A stretch of 64,000 nucleotides of DNA from Lama glama (GCA_028534125.1 CM052845.1:24242001-24306000), one strand, 5' to 3'; shown: positions 1-13,584, numbered from the stretch's first letter. The notes: a model not told the origin generated them from the sequence alone. Numbers and translations: made by a program.

Positions 1-83
1 CATGGGTACCCGACCAGGGCAGACACACGCGCTCGCCCTGGCCCTGGGGCTTGGCTGAGACGGTCCGGGGTGGCGATCTCGGC

Positions 84-595
84 TCACACGTTCAGCAGAG
101 GGATCTGCCAGACCATGACAGAGGAGACCAGCTCCTCTGGCCGCTGCTGCCTGGCCTTCCTGCTCACCCGCCGGTGGCCCTGGCCCCCGCAGGCCACCAG
201 CACGGAGCTGGCCTTGGCCTTCCTGGCCCTCCGCCCTCGGCCGGCGGAGATGCCAGGGTGCCGCAGGAGGTCCTGGAGGAAGCCCTCCTCTGATCGGGGC
301 TCCAGGGAGCCGGAGCCCTGGGACGGCGTCAGGGACCCGGACGAGGAGGAGACGTCGCTGGGCTGGGTCGTGGAGCCCAGCGAAGCCCCCAGCCACACGG
401 CGTCGGGGCTGCTCCGAGCGGGGCAGGGCCCGGGCCCCTCGCCGGGGAGCGCGTCCCTCTGGTCTTCGTCCTGGGGGTCCACGCTGGGGGGCGGGCTGTC
501 CCTGGGCTTGTCCTTATCTGTCTTGAGGGCGGCTGTGGCCTCGACCAGGAACTTGACGGGCCCGTTGTGCGCGTGATAGGAGACCATGCCTCTTC
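84..595 (-). CDS. ARHGEF10: Exon 29 coding part (GRGMVSYHAHNGPVKF...VMVWQIPLLNV*); 3'UTR continues past position 1
   Basis: ccctttcag| acceptor, 512 nt to TGA at 84-86. Confidence 0.96.
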
Positions 596-2870
596 CTGAA
601 AGGGGACATCGCTCAGCAAGAGCTGCGCGGACGGGCAGGACCACAGGGGCACCCGGGGACCCCGTCCCCAGGACAAAGCCCACGCACGGCAGCTCACGGT
701 GCAGACAGCTTCCAGTCACATTCTCGGGGACCTTTAGTGAATTCCGAGGACACTGTCTACATTCTCACACTCGCATCACACCTCTAGAGTGAAAAACAGC
801 TCTTCTGCTCTTGGCATACATGCCTTCCCACCTGCTCCCAGAGAACACAACTTAGCAAAACTTTTCCTGAATCTTGACTTAAAAACCTGAATGCCTGAGA
901 TACTCCAATTTTAAGAGCAAGATGCCCCAACCACCCGTAGCTGGCTGCCAGCTTTCACCTCTGCGGTTTGGAATAGTTAGTTCTCTGGAATTAACTAAAA
1001 CGGGGACGTTTCAGTTGAAAGGTGATGTGAATCGAATTTTAAAGTCATTGGGCGCTCCTTACAGGTCTTCCTACGGAACGCAGACCCCCCGCAGGACACG
1101 CGACTCCGAGAGTCAGGTGGGAACGGCTGCCCGTTTGTCGAGCACTTGGCGGGAGCTGAGTCGCATCTGCATTTTCATTGCGGTATTTACACTTACAGGG
1201 AGGACGTGCCCCTTCCGCCAAATGCTTCAAGGCTAAGACAGGGCCTCGGGGCCTTCACCCCACTTTGGCTACAGGATCCTCCAGTGGGGTGACAGGCTCC
1301 CTCAGCGAGCAGAACGCGAGTTAAGAGCCCTGCCAGCGCAGGCACTGGGGGGACCGTGGAGGGGTAAGGATGCCCGGACACCGGCGACGGAGGTGTGACC
1401 CGACACACAGCCGAACAGCACCCGAGCGCCTCCGGTGAATCTGAACACCCAGGGACGCCCCCCCGGGTGCACACCCCGGGGGCCCTGTGCCCCTGTGAGC
1501 GGGGGCGGCAGGTAAACGCCCAGGGAGGTGCTGCCCGCAACACACGGCGCCGGAAACAACTAGAATCCACGGTGTGTCCCTGGGTGACAGGCACGCTCCT
1601 GGCCGTGATGCAGTCAGAGGACCAGGAGGATCAGCTCGGAGACGATGTCCGGAGCAACTCAGGTGTCGCAAGACAAGAGAGTACACGTGAAAATGGCGCA
1701 ACGAAAAATAACCTGGTTTTCTGAGGCACAAGGGGCGAAACTACAGAGAAACCCAGCAGGAGGACGGCGTGAGGCTCCGGAGGACAGTCCTGCCTGTGTG
1801 CCGGGGGGGTCACCCCAGGCTGCCACGCCCGCCTCCTGTCCTGCGCCTTCTCACCCATTCACCTGCACGAGCTCCTCGTCTGCGTCACAGACAGCGATGA
1901 AAGAGGGAACTTAGAAATGAATGTACAGAGTCGGAACTCCTCAATCCTAACGGGGGGTCCTGATAAAATACGGATTTATCTAACCACAGACCTGTCTGCA
2001 ATAGATCCGCCAAGCCTGGGTGAGGGCAGGAGGGGTGCCTGCAGCCAGAGTGAAAGGTTCCAGGGTGGACTTTGGGAAGAAACCACAGAAAGAGATCTTT
2101 TATTCGTTAACATTTCGGTGAGTTTCCTACAAATCTGTTTCTCTGAGTTATCCCACAATCAACACAAAATTTGAGATCTTGGTTTTACTTACAGAATTAG
2201 TGCTTTTTTGTGTCACTCAAAGCTCTCTGCAAACATTTTCACAGGCTGCATTGCACCCTAAAATGGCAACGTGACCACCTTCCTAGACATCCCCCTGCCC
2301 TTCATTTGGGACCTCTGGGTTGTTCCCTGTTTTTCCTGCATCATGGATTTGGCTGCTTCTGGAGACAGACCCCTGACTTGGAAACCCTGACTCCTGACAC
2401 ACGCACACTCCCAGGCTCGAGGGCCATAATGCCAAGACCGCTTTCCGAAAAGGCTGTGCCGGTTTGATCTGCCCACAGCGTCACAGAAGCGCACAGCTGA
2501 GTATTCTCCCATGCTGGGCTGCCTTCTTTGCAAAATATAAGACATCCATTTTCACTGAGCGGAACTGTATATGCTAATACAAACCAACCAGAGGCATAAA
2601 GGTAACATGAAAATGTGTTCTGGGGTAAGATTCTCCCTGGAGCAACGATGTTAGCGACAGGAAAACAGAAGTATGAACTGATGATTCAAAGTAACAGACA
2701 GAGCCTTTATAGTAAAATTTAAAAAAAAAAGAGAGAGAAGCCAAGTAATTTACATCATTTAAGCAACTCCCAGGATGATGCAGCTGAACACAGACCCGCC
2801 AGCTTTACGAGTTGACAGGACAGGACAGGGGCCCGGGAGACGCAGGCGCACAGTGCGGGGTGGTACTCAC

Positions 2871-2993
2871 CGGTCACCTTGGGGATGCCCTGCAGACGAG
2901 GGACAGGCAAGGCCACCACGACGCCCAGGCTGGTGCCCACCATCAGCAAGCCGTGGCAGACGAGGAGGCTGGTCACAGACAGCCGCTGGGGCC
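2871..2993 (-). CDS. ARHGEF10: Exon 28 ([24 protein letters not shown]...GIPKVT)
   Basis: cccatgcag| acceptor, ACCG|gtgagt donor, 123 nt. Confidence 0.96.
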
Positions 2994-5900
2994 CTGCATG
3001 GGGAGACAGGAGGGGCTTCTGCCTGCAGCCCGGCCTCTGCAGCAGCACACACTGGGGACAGGGGCTCCAAGGACGGCCCAAAACACTGCAGACCTACCAG
3101 AGCGCTCCCCGCGCCGACGCCGAGCCCTCCCAGGAGCCCCGGAGTGACACTGTGTTTGCTTCAGCTGGACGAGGGAGCAATCTCCAGGTGCCCTCCTGGC
3201 TGCCCCCAGCAGGACACACGGCCACCTGAGGGACACGTGCATCCCCCCTGCTTCCAGAGCCCATCAAACCCCACAACTGTCCACAAACGCCATCCACTTC
3301 CAGTGAGAGCAGTGCCAGGGCCCTGGAGCCACGCGCACACGGACATGCAGGCACATAAGACCACAGCCCCCTGCGAGGAGGAGCCCACCTGGACAGGTAA
3401 GTCCAGACCCCACGGGTGGGACGGGCTCCTAGTGCCGCCGAGCTCCGCAACACAGAGAAGAGACACGAGCACTTCCCAAGTGTTCTTTCAGAAGGGAGAC
3501 CGTCTCGCGGGCTCTGGGGAAGTCTGGGAAGTGCAATGTCAAACACGGGTCCGGGCCTGCAGAGCTTTTGGCTGGTTGCCACAGTTTGTTCTGTTTTCCA
3601 GCCCGGAGGCCCAAGGAGGCTGAGCAGTCTGGCAAGGTGGGAAGTGGGGGCGAAGAACGGGGCAGAGCTGCACCCCACGCACGGGACCGTCTCCCACTGC
3701 TCTCATCTCGGAGTGAGTCTGGAACCCTTGCCGCTCTGACTCTGCCCGCAGCACCTCGGCTCTCAGAGTGGCTTTAAACCCCTCCTGGCGTCTGTCCGCT
3801 CAGCTCCAGCGCTCAAGGGCAGAGACAGGCAATCCAGTCTGCTCCTGAGAACAGGGGCACAGAAACAACCTGACTCCCATTCCCTGCAAATTCATCGCTT
3901 CCAACATCTCTGCACCTGACCTGGAGCTTGCCTTAGATAAGAAGCACGAAGACACGCGGTCTGGACGCCAGAGCCAAAGGCAGGTGGGCGTGTCTACAGA
4001 AGTCACTTTAAACAACCCAACCCAAAATAAAACAAGCACCACAAAAACCAAAGATCTGGTTTTATCTCTGAATGGAGACTTCATATTGTTTCTAAAAAGC
4101 TAATGTATTAAGTTCCCAGGAATTAATGTATTAATTCCCTGGAATTAAGTTCCCACAGCAGCGGTGGGAGGGGCTCAGCTTTAGAGACTCACTGGAGCTT
4201 CACGTCCGTCTACGGGGGGGCCAGAGCGGTCATTTCCAAAAGCTAGTGAGAAAGTCGTTCAGGAATGCGAGGCTGGGCACAGTTCTCAACGATGGCCAGG
4301 CGGTCACACCAGGAGGTGAGCCCGGACAGCCGAGGACGCGCAGTAAATGCAGGTGCACCTTTCCAGAGCACCAGTCTCACTCGACTACCCGTGAGACAGA
4401 GAACGGATCTGAGACCACCCTCCCCGACCCTCCTGGAGCCGGTCGGCGGAGTTTTGGAAGCAGCTGGTGGAGGTGACATTCAAGACAATGTCAGAGCTCG
4501 CTGCGCTGAACTCCGCCCTGTTTCAGTGGAACCCAGCCAGCTTCCCCCACGACCCCGGTGCACATGGCAGCAGGCTCCTGCCACCAGTCTTCCCACATGG
4601 ACACTGCTTCCCAACACTGCCGTGAACGGCCTACAGCAGACCTGGTGTGAGTGGAGACCACTGTGACGACGGGGTGGACAGAGGGAGCGCCATTACCCCC
4701 CGCTGCAGCCACTTGCTGAGCCACCGTCACATTAGTCGGACAATGCTGCAGTCCTGTGGTCCTGAGTGTAGGTAAACTCCCTTTCAACACACGGCAGCTC
4801 TGGGAACAGTGCAAACACGCAGACCCTGGCCGCACGCTCTCAGCGAGCCGTGTCGCATCATACAGCTCCTCACACCCTCGTTTTGGTAGCCAGGTCCTGC
4901 AGGTAAGTGAAACTGCGCGAGTAAGCCGTTGTGTGATTTCCCGGATCATCCTGAAATGCTTTGGTTTGGGAAACTGAGTTCCAAAAAGGGAGTTTATGAG
5001 TTAAGTTTTCTTTCACAGAGAATTTATAATTTCTTAGGACTGGCTTAGGGCTACTGAAGGCATCTGAAAAACGCTTATTCTGGCACTTGGCTTTAAAGAA
5101 AACTAGCGAGCAACATGGGGCTCGCAAACAGCCCGTCTCCACGTGCGGGTTACCCTTTCATATTGCAAACAGAGCCTCGTGAAATGTGATGCGGAACAGT
5201 TCTAACTGCTAATAAAAACACTGAAAGGATTTTGCTTTAAAATTACAAAGCATAAAGCTTTGCTATTTGTTTTCATTCAGAAATGCATCTTGAAAGTGAT
5301 CTCTTCTCCTCCTCAGGAATTTTTCCGCCTCTGCCGTAATAAACAGCAAATTAGGAACATCTGACTTTTAGTCTGTCTGCATCTGTGCTGTGTCACAGGC
5401 AGTGAGAATCTGGGAACCTTTCCCTGGTCTTTGCAAGGAAACTCCTCTCTCCAGACGTGCATGCGTCTCTCTAAGGAAAAAGGTCAAAGCAATTCAGATG
5501 CACAGAGGGTCCCTGTGTGGCGTCGGGACGGGGAGGCGTCACCAGGTGGGAAAAAGGTCATGAGCACGAGGAGAGGGAAGATCTCTCTGCCCGGCAGGTG
5601 GAAAGACCAAGTGAAGTGACCACGGGGCTCCTGGGGGGAGCCCTGGAAGTGCCCCCCAAACTCCGATTTCACCATGAAAAGGCAGAAGCAGGTAAAGCTG
5701 GGCTGTCCCTTGTGCGTCCTCACAGCCTGAAAGCAGCCAGACGCTCGCCAAGAGCCCGAGCTCCAGGCATGATGGTCTGTTCCGTTTCCAGAGTCGCCTC
5801 ACACACGAAAAGTTTACCTGCAAGAGGACCTGGGGGGCGTGGGGGTCCCCCATTCGGTGGGGGGCTGCGCACACAGCAGCGGTGTCCACTCTGCGGGCTG

Positions 5901-7919
5901 AGGGGCCCCCACTCGGCACCACGGCGGGGGCGGGCGGGGGGGGTTGGGATGCTGATGACGGCTGCACGGGGTCTGAGTGGGTTACAGACACCTGGAGGGG
6001 CCGGCCCACCAGCTGCGGCGACGCAAGCTCGCGAGCACAGAAACCGAGGCAGCGGGCACCGTCGGCTCCTGGTCAAGCAGCTGCTGGTCAGCCCGGGGTG
6101 GCACCAGGAGCCCAGGGACAGGAAACCTGGGCCTCAGTTTGTCCCCTAATTCATAAACAGTCCTGAGTCTGGTTTAATTTGCTGAATCCCCATACGACGT
6201 GGTTGATGGCGTTTAGAAGAGTCACACTGATTTTTCTGAAATGAACACTTGGCCTGTTCACTGGGCTACGTCACCCTGGCAGGCCGCGGGCTCAGTCAGC
6301 GGGGACGTGGAAAGGCCACTCTGGCGGGAGGCCCTGCCCTAGAACATGCAAATATCCTCCCTGGAGCGTCCCAGACGCAGCAGGAAGCAGCTGCGCCGAC
6401 GTCACTCCAGCTTCTCGTGACCTGCCGGAGCCGCGGCCCCTCGGAGCAGCCCCGCAGCCGAGAGGCGTGGCCGCCGCCCCCAGAAACCTGCGAGCTGGCC
6501 CCCAAAGTGCGTCCCCCCCGGGGCGGTGTCGGCCCGCTGCGGTTTCCGCCAAGACCTCAAGCTAGCGGTGTTGAGAACTGAGCCCCAACGGAAGGGGAGA
6601 GGCCAGCTCATCACACTCACAGTCACAGTCACGGGGAAGGCGCGCTGAGCCCACGCCTCCAGGGAACTAGATAGATTTTACCAGTTTTGCTAAGCTATAA
6701 AAAAGCCGTGACTTACAGTACAGTCTTTTTTTTTCTTTCAAATTTTGTTCTTTCTGGCTTGAGAAGTTTATACTCCAGTGAGTGCATGAGAGGACCACCT
6801 CACGGTCACTGTCACACGTGTGCAACGAGCCCCACCCAGGAGCACGTACTAGACGAGGTTTTACCCTGTGTGTCCGTCCGTCCGGGAGGACGGTGGCCCA
6901 GCGACCGCAATTCCACGTGTTCACATGGGTGTGCACACACGCACTCAAGCACCTAAGGGCGAGGCAGGCCTCGATGGCGCTTCCCGCTGTGAAACACTGG
7001 CTCGGGGGTGAGACGGCTGGAAGGAGGAGGGGAAAGACGTGGGTCTTCAGCCTCCCTGGTCTCCAGCTCACAAAACGCAATGAGAATCTGATGGATTTCA
7101 GACACCTTTCAGAGGACAGGACTCAAGCACCAGGTGTCACAAGAGGACCCTCGCTCCGAGCGTCCCTGAACACCGCTCTAAAGGGCCCACCTCCCTCGCA
7201 GCCCACCAGGCCCAGGGCCGCACACCCGGGAGCAGGTGTGAGATGCAGACAAAGCACGAAGCACCGCAGCACGGTGAGCTAGGAACCACCTCACACACAG
7301 CACGCAGGTGCGGGGGAGCACGCCACACAAGCAGCACGCTCCCCGTGGACAGGACGCTGCCGAGGAAGAGCCCCGAGGACAGGCCCGGGGTGAGCGAGGG
7401 GGCAGCGGGGCCCAGGACGGGCAGGGGGAGCGTGCGGGTGATGGCGACCGCAGACTGGAGGAGGGCTCTCGGGACACCGGGGCCGCAGGTGCCCCGCCTG
7501 ACGGTACGGTCCCTGGTTCTGCAGGAGCCAAGAAGCACCGCATCCGAACGTCAAAGGCCACGCGGGGCGATAAGAATCAAGGGCGTCGTTACCAGAAGTG
7601 CAAGAGTCAAGGAAAGACAGGGAGATCAGTCCATCCTGCGGCTCAGGGCCAACAGCAGTCGTGGGGTCGCAACTCTGTGACCTGTGACCCCTGAGTTTTG
7701 ATTTAACAGGAACTGGGGACACGGGCACCCCAGGAGGGGGGGTTCCTGCAAGGTGTCCACGGTGGGTGGGTGGGAGCCCCGTGCTCTGCGTCTCATCTGT
7801 CTCTCCTCCCGCGGGAGCCGAGAGTGTGTCCCACCTGCCCCTGACTCCCAGCCCGCCTCAGCCAGGCCAGCTCACCCTCCCAGCCGCTTCTGCCACTGCC
7901 AGTCAGGCTCCCGCACGCG

Positions 7920-8195
7920 ACCTGCATGTCCACACGCCAGCTAAAGCGTACGTGTGCCGGGCACGCGCTGAAACACCAGCCACACACTCGTACATAATGG
8001 ATGCACAGGCACACACGGAGGGTCCACAAGTGGCAACACCAGCCACACGCTTACACACACCAGCCACGTGACCACACAAATGCCAGCTACCTGCTTATAC
8101 AGACCTAGCTGCACGCTTACACGCAACCAGCACATGCGTGTGCACACCAGCCACGTGCTCATGCACACCAGGCACGCACAGGCACACACTAGCTC
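7920..8195. repeat. CA-rich low-complexity repeat (acaccagccac motif x4)
   Basis: Visible directly; GU-rich on the transcribed strand. Confidence 0.7.
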
Positions 8196-8555
8196 TGCAG
8201 GTCCCATACCCCCACTTCTGCACGTTGGTTGGTTTCACCCCTGCTGATGGACACCCTGCCCTCTCGGGGCCAGCGGACCCCAGCCAAGGCTGCCCTGTGA
8301 CCCCCACCCTGAGGACCCCCGGCTCTTCCACTGCAGTCCTTGCCCCACCCCCACTCCTGCCCCAGCGCCTTGAGAACAATGGGAAGGCTTGTGTGGTCTC
8401 AGCTTCCGATCTATAAACTGGGCGGCACTCTCGCTGGGCTCCAGGCAAAGGTGGGAGTCACAGAGGCATCCTGAGCACCTCTCCCAGGGCGGGGGTGGGG
8501 GGACACACAGGACAGAGACTGCCAGGCCCGCCCCACCCGCCGGCTCCGCTCTTAC

Positions 8556-8730
8556 CTGGCAGCATGTGGTGGACGGGGGTGGCTATGTTGATGTCCTGGA
8601 GATGCTTGAGGGTCTCTGTGTGGAACAGGCGGAGGGTGGACCCCGAGGTGAAGGCCACCCAGATCCCCACGCCGGCAACGGCCAAGTGTGAGACCACCAT
8701 GCCCTCCTCCTGGTGGGCCTCAAGCTGACC
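8556..8730 (-). CDS. ARHGEF10: Exon 27 (GQLEAHQEEGMVVSHLAVAGVGIW...HHMLP)
   Basis: cctctgcag| acceptor, CCAG|gtaaga donor, 175 nt. Confidence 0.96.
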
Positions 8731-9749
8731 CTGCAGAGGCCGAGGAGGGCAGGCTCAGGGCTGCACCCTCACAGTGCTGCCCACGGCCCGCCCTGTGGAC
8801 GGCGGTTCAGATGGGGAGCGCCGTCGTCCCACTGCAAGGCGCCCGGCTGGCGCCCTGGTCCTCAACCGCCTTCAACCACCTGCGGCAAAGGCACTGTCAC
8901 CCCAACCCCACCCGCACTGATGACAGGACTCGTGTGGACCCATCGGCCCCCTCCCACACCTGCCCGCAGGCGGGACCAGTAGAGGCGGCGTCCCCAGCGG
9001 GGCTCACACCCCCCAACCCTCGGGTCCGAGCTGCTCGGCCCCTGCCCGGCCCTGGGGGGCCTGCTGCTTCTCCATCTGACCAGGTCCTTCCCGAGCCTCC
9101 GGGCTGAGCTCTGCCCCCACGTCTCCACCTCTATCCTGACAGCCCGGCTCTAGGGGACCCACGGGAAGGAGCTCTGGCAACGTGTCCCCACGACGGACGA
9201 TGGACAGCCTGTGCCTCTGGGGAAGTGGAGGTGGGACGAGGGGGTGAGAGCAAACAGCGTCCTCAGAGAAGTCCCCTCAGCCACAGCAGGTGACAGGCCC
9301 GCCAACTCCCTTGCTTGGAACGATGCAGCCCAGGGCCCTACGCCTGCGAATCTGTCCTGGGGCCGCAAATGGGGGACACTGTGCCCTTGTGCTGCTCGGT
9401 GGCCAGGTTACCGTCCTGCTCGCCCACTGCACGGAGAGGGGTCGCGTAGTCAAATCTCCACGTTGTACCTCAGACCATGCGGCACTCGATGAGCTGGACT
9501 GAGGAATGGACGTGAATCTCCAATTTCAGTCGGACGGGAGGCTCCCCGCCCAAGGGTACCACCTTGTCTCAATGGAAGACTGCACGGGGACAGGCGGGCA
9601 TCCTGGGCCCACGCTCAGGGGCTGCAGAGCCGGTGAGCAGCACGGGGTGCCGGGCGGCATCGGGGTCTGGCCTCGCCCACGCAGCACAGGCGTTCCCGGC
9701 TCATCCACACGGTCCCCATGCCGACGCGTCTCTCCTTTCATGATGAACG

Positions 9750-11250
9750 GGCCCCCTGTGAGGAGGCGCCAGCTGACAGACACCGGGTTGCTCCTGTCCC
9801 TTCTGTCGCAAGTATATACAACATGTCCCGTGTAAATAAAGCTGCTGCGAACTCTCGGACCAGCCTCTGTGTGAACGCCTACATCCGTCCTCTTGAGTGT
9901 GCGCTGATGGCTGGAAATGCTGGGCCACGTGGTGATCCCGTGGTTCGCTTTCTGAGGGACACACAGGTTTCCAGCAGCTGCCACATTTCACATTCCCACC
10001 AGCAGCGAGCGAGGCTTGCATCCCCCGCATCCCCCAGTGTCCCCTCTGGTGCAGCTCACGTCCTTCTCGCCGCTGCCATCCTAGTGCAGGTGAGCGAGGT
10101 GGCGTTTCAAGGCTGGTTTGATCTGCACTCCCCTGGGAACGCCGCCGCCGCAAACCCTTCCACGCAGGCAGCGGCCAGCTGTGTGTCTTCTCTGTAGAAG
10201 CGTCTCTCCAGATCCCTCATCCAGCTTTAACCGGACGCTGAGCGCTACGTTACACAAGCTGCTTGCTACGCGTTCTTGGCAGACACACGGCTCGTAAACA
10301 TCCTCTCCCTCCTGGGCTTGTCTTTGCACTTTCCTGACAGTTTCCTTCGAGGCCCATAAGGTTCTGATTTTCATAAAGTCGAATGCATCTATTTTTCCCT
10401 CGGTTTCCTGTGCCTCAGGAGTCACACCTGAGAAACCACCGCCTGGTCCAAGGCCACAAAGATCTGCTCCTGCGTTCTTCCCTACGGCGTCTACAGGCTT
10501 AGCTCCACACTGGGGTTTAATCCATTTTTCCCCTTGCTTTCGTCTGTGGTGCTAGGTCAGGGTCCACCCTCATTCTTCTGCGCGTGGACGTCCGGCTGTC
10601 CCAGGGCCACTTGCTGAAAAGGTGACTCTTTCTCCAGTGAACTGCTCTGGCACGTCTGCTGAAAACCAGCTGACCCCAGACAGGCGATTTTATTTGTGGA
10701 CTCTGCTCCGTTCTACTGACCGGATGTCTGTCCCTGGGCCTCGCTGACTTGGTCACTATGCTGTGTAGTAAATGTGAACCTGGGAAGCGTGGGTACAAAG
10801 CCTCCAGCTTTGTACTTTTCCAAGATTGTTTTGGCCACTGTGGGTCCCTGGGGTTTCCATATAAATTTTAGGATCTGCTTGTCAAGTTTTGTTTAAAAGA
10901 AAAAGAAAAGCAGGCAGCTGGGACTTGGACAGGGTTGTGCTGAGTCTGCAGATCAACCTGGGGACGATTTCCGTGTTAATGATACTGCGTCTTCCAAGCC
11001 ATGCACGTGGGCTGCCTTGCCATTTATCTAGGTCCTCCTGATTGCCTTCAGTTACGCTTTGTAGTTTTCAGCGTATACATTGTACACTTCTGTTGTTAAA
11101 TTTATTTCTATTTTGCTCTTTTTGATGTCATTGTAAACGAATTTTTAAAAAATCTCTTTTTCAGATTGTTTGCTGCTAACGTGCAGAAATCAACTTGATT
11201 TCCGTGTACTGATCTTGCAGCCTGAGTAAACGCGTGACATGTGACACTCG
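9750..11250 (-). mobile_element. Decayed LINE-1 (ORF2 C-terminal part + 3' region); boundaries approximate
   Basis: Minus-strand translations MTPEAQETEGKIDAFDFMKIRTLWASKETVRKVQRQ and QLVFSRRARAVHWRKSHLFSKWPWD resemble the L1 ORF2 C-terminus. Confidence 0.85.
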
Positions 11251-13217
11251 GCCTGCGATCCCGTGTCTCTGGGGGGAAGTGTCAGCACAGCCTGCATCAC
11301 GGCTGGTTCCGCATCTCCCCCTCAACGGCTCACGGCCGCACCTGCGCGCTGGTGTCCAGAAGGGACTCACACACAAATCAGCTCCAAGACGGAGCCAAAC
11401 CAGCTGCCTCCAAGGTTGCAGTCGCAGGCCTCGCCCGCTGCCCGGACGGGCCCCGCTTTGGACGGGGAGGCGGCCCACCGACCACCCCGAGCGCTTAAAG
11501 GAACAGAGCCTGAAACCCAGGGATCTGAGGACAGGAACCCCAAGCTCCTCTGAACACAGTCTCAGGTCCCTCCGACCCACCATGCGCGGACTCACCCCGT
11601 TTCCAGGCAAAGCCCCTCAAGGAACTTTCTCCCGTCCTGACACACGTCACTCCTCTTCTCCGAGATGCTGTGCGTCTCCCCCTGGTAAGCCCCTCCTCAC
11701 CCCGACGGGGCCGGCTTCGTGGACGTCTGACAGGTGCCCCACACCCGCTCTGCTGCTATGCGGCTGCTGTCTTGAGACCTGTGGTGACGCTTCCAGGCCC
11801 CACAGGCTTCGGGGCCAGTCCTGACCCCGGCCGGGCCTCTCCCGGCCCCCGCCTGGCCTGGGGGCTTCCCCGGGGCAGCCCCTGTCCCAGGCAAGCACGC
11901 AACCCGTTTCTGCTGGGCGACAAATGACGCGGGCAATAACCCACCCCTGTGATGCAGGCAGGGTCTCCCACGGCCTCAGACTCGGTTTTCTGTTTGAAAA
12001 GGGACTTTTTGGGCAACAGTGTCTCCACGCCTCCTGCCACCTAGAAGTCGTGTGACCCTAAAGGTCTCTGGAGAAGAGCAGGGTCTGTGGGCTCGGGCCT
12101 GGTCCGCTGGGCCCTGCATTCCTGTCTTTCTACAGAACGTCAGGAATTCAACTCATCGACTCAGAAGACGCTCCGCCACCAGGTCACCTTTAACACCTGA
12201 TCCCTGACGTCCCCTCGTCCTGCTTCTCCCCGACGTTGGGGGTGGGGCTCGAGGGACGCCTTCCTCTTTTCTTCCTTCCCTTCCGTCCACCTGTACGTCT
12301 TCAGTCACGACCACTGGATGTTGCAGACGATCAAGAGTAAGGACGGTGAGGTTCTCCTTTCAGACGGGCATACGATGAACCAGTTGCCCCCGGTGCTCTC
12401 GTGGGGACTCCCAAGCACTTAGGGAGAGATGGGCCACGAGCTTCTCTGCAGAGCAAGGTCACTGCGGCATCGCGGGCACGGGGAGCCACAGCAGGTGACA
12501 CAGGGCCACCGTCTGGAGACGCCGCGCTGAGGGCGCTTCCCCAGTCATGTGCCCCCAAGCACCATCGCTGGACGGCGTGCACGGCCTACCCTCTGCCCAC
12601 CCGTGGACGGTCCTTGTTCAACAGCCATTTCTAGTTGCTAAGGATGCTAATGTGCATGTGCATGGTGCACACGCATGGACACGGTTACACACGTGCACAC
12701 GACTCTGCAAACACATACATTTATACACACACCACGAGGACGCTTGGGCGTGGACACGACGAGCCTACTTGTGCTTCCTTGTCTCTGAGACGCCTCTTCC
12801 TGTCCTTTGAACACTTTCTATCAGCTTGGTGTCTTTTTTAACTTAGTAAGAATTCTCTCTGTATTAAGAACATTCACACTCGATCGTAGATGGAGCGATA
12901 TTTTCCCAATTTCTCATTTATAAAAGTTTCTATACAAACAACACACATTCAATGTAAGAAAGTGTTCTATAGCTTGACTAAATCTATCACGTTCTTCCGT
13001 ATGGCCACTTCCAGGTACGCCCGCCCCCACTCTGCTGTCTGCATCCTGGAAGCCCGGCTTTGCCTGCGTTTAAACATCCCTCCCTCAGGAACGCTGAGCA
13101 GGATAAAGCTGGAGCCACAGCCAAGAGGCCGCCTGAGCTTCCCACGTGCGAGAGGCACCCCCGACCTCTAGTTCTGAAGTGCCTCCTCTCCCGCCGTGCT
13201 CACACAGAGCGACTCAC

Positions 13218-13360
13218 CTCCACAGCCTGAGCCCCCGCACTGATGATGAACACCTGGCCCCCGGACGTGGCCCACAGGCTGTCTTCCGTCATCAGGAGAC
13301 TTCGAACTGGTAGGACACCCAGCTTCAGCACTTTCTGAGGTTCTGAATTCCAGGATCCAT
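13218..13360 (-). CDS. ARHGEF10: Exon 26 (DGSWNSEPQKVLKLGVLPVRSLL...AQAVE)
   Basis: tcttttcag| acceptor, GGAG|gtgagt donor, 143 nt. Confidence 0.95.
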
Positions 13361-13584
13361 CTGAAAAGAAAACACTTCTCTTAGTTTCATTCAAATTCAG
13401 TTATCCGCACACGGGGACCGGAACAGGAGCACTGGTCACTTAAGTGACAGACAAACGAAAGTCATCTGTGATGTTCTCACACGCGGGCCCGATTCGCGGT
13501 GTGTCCACAGCTCCAAGAATCAGCCCCCTTCCCCAGGGCGATCTGGCCAAGCGGCGGAGCATGGAGCTCCCGTACGTAGTCAGC

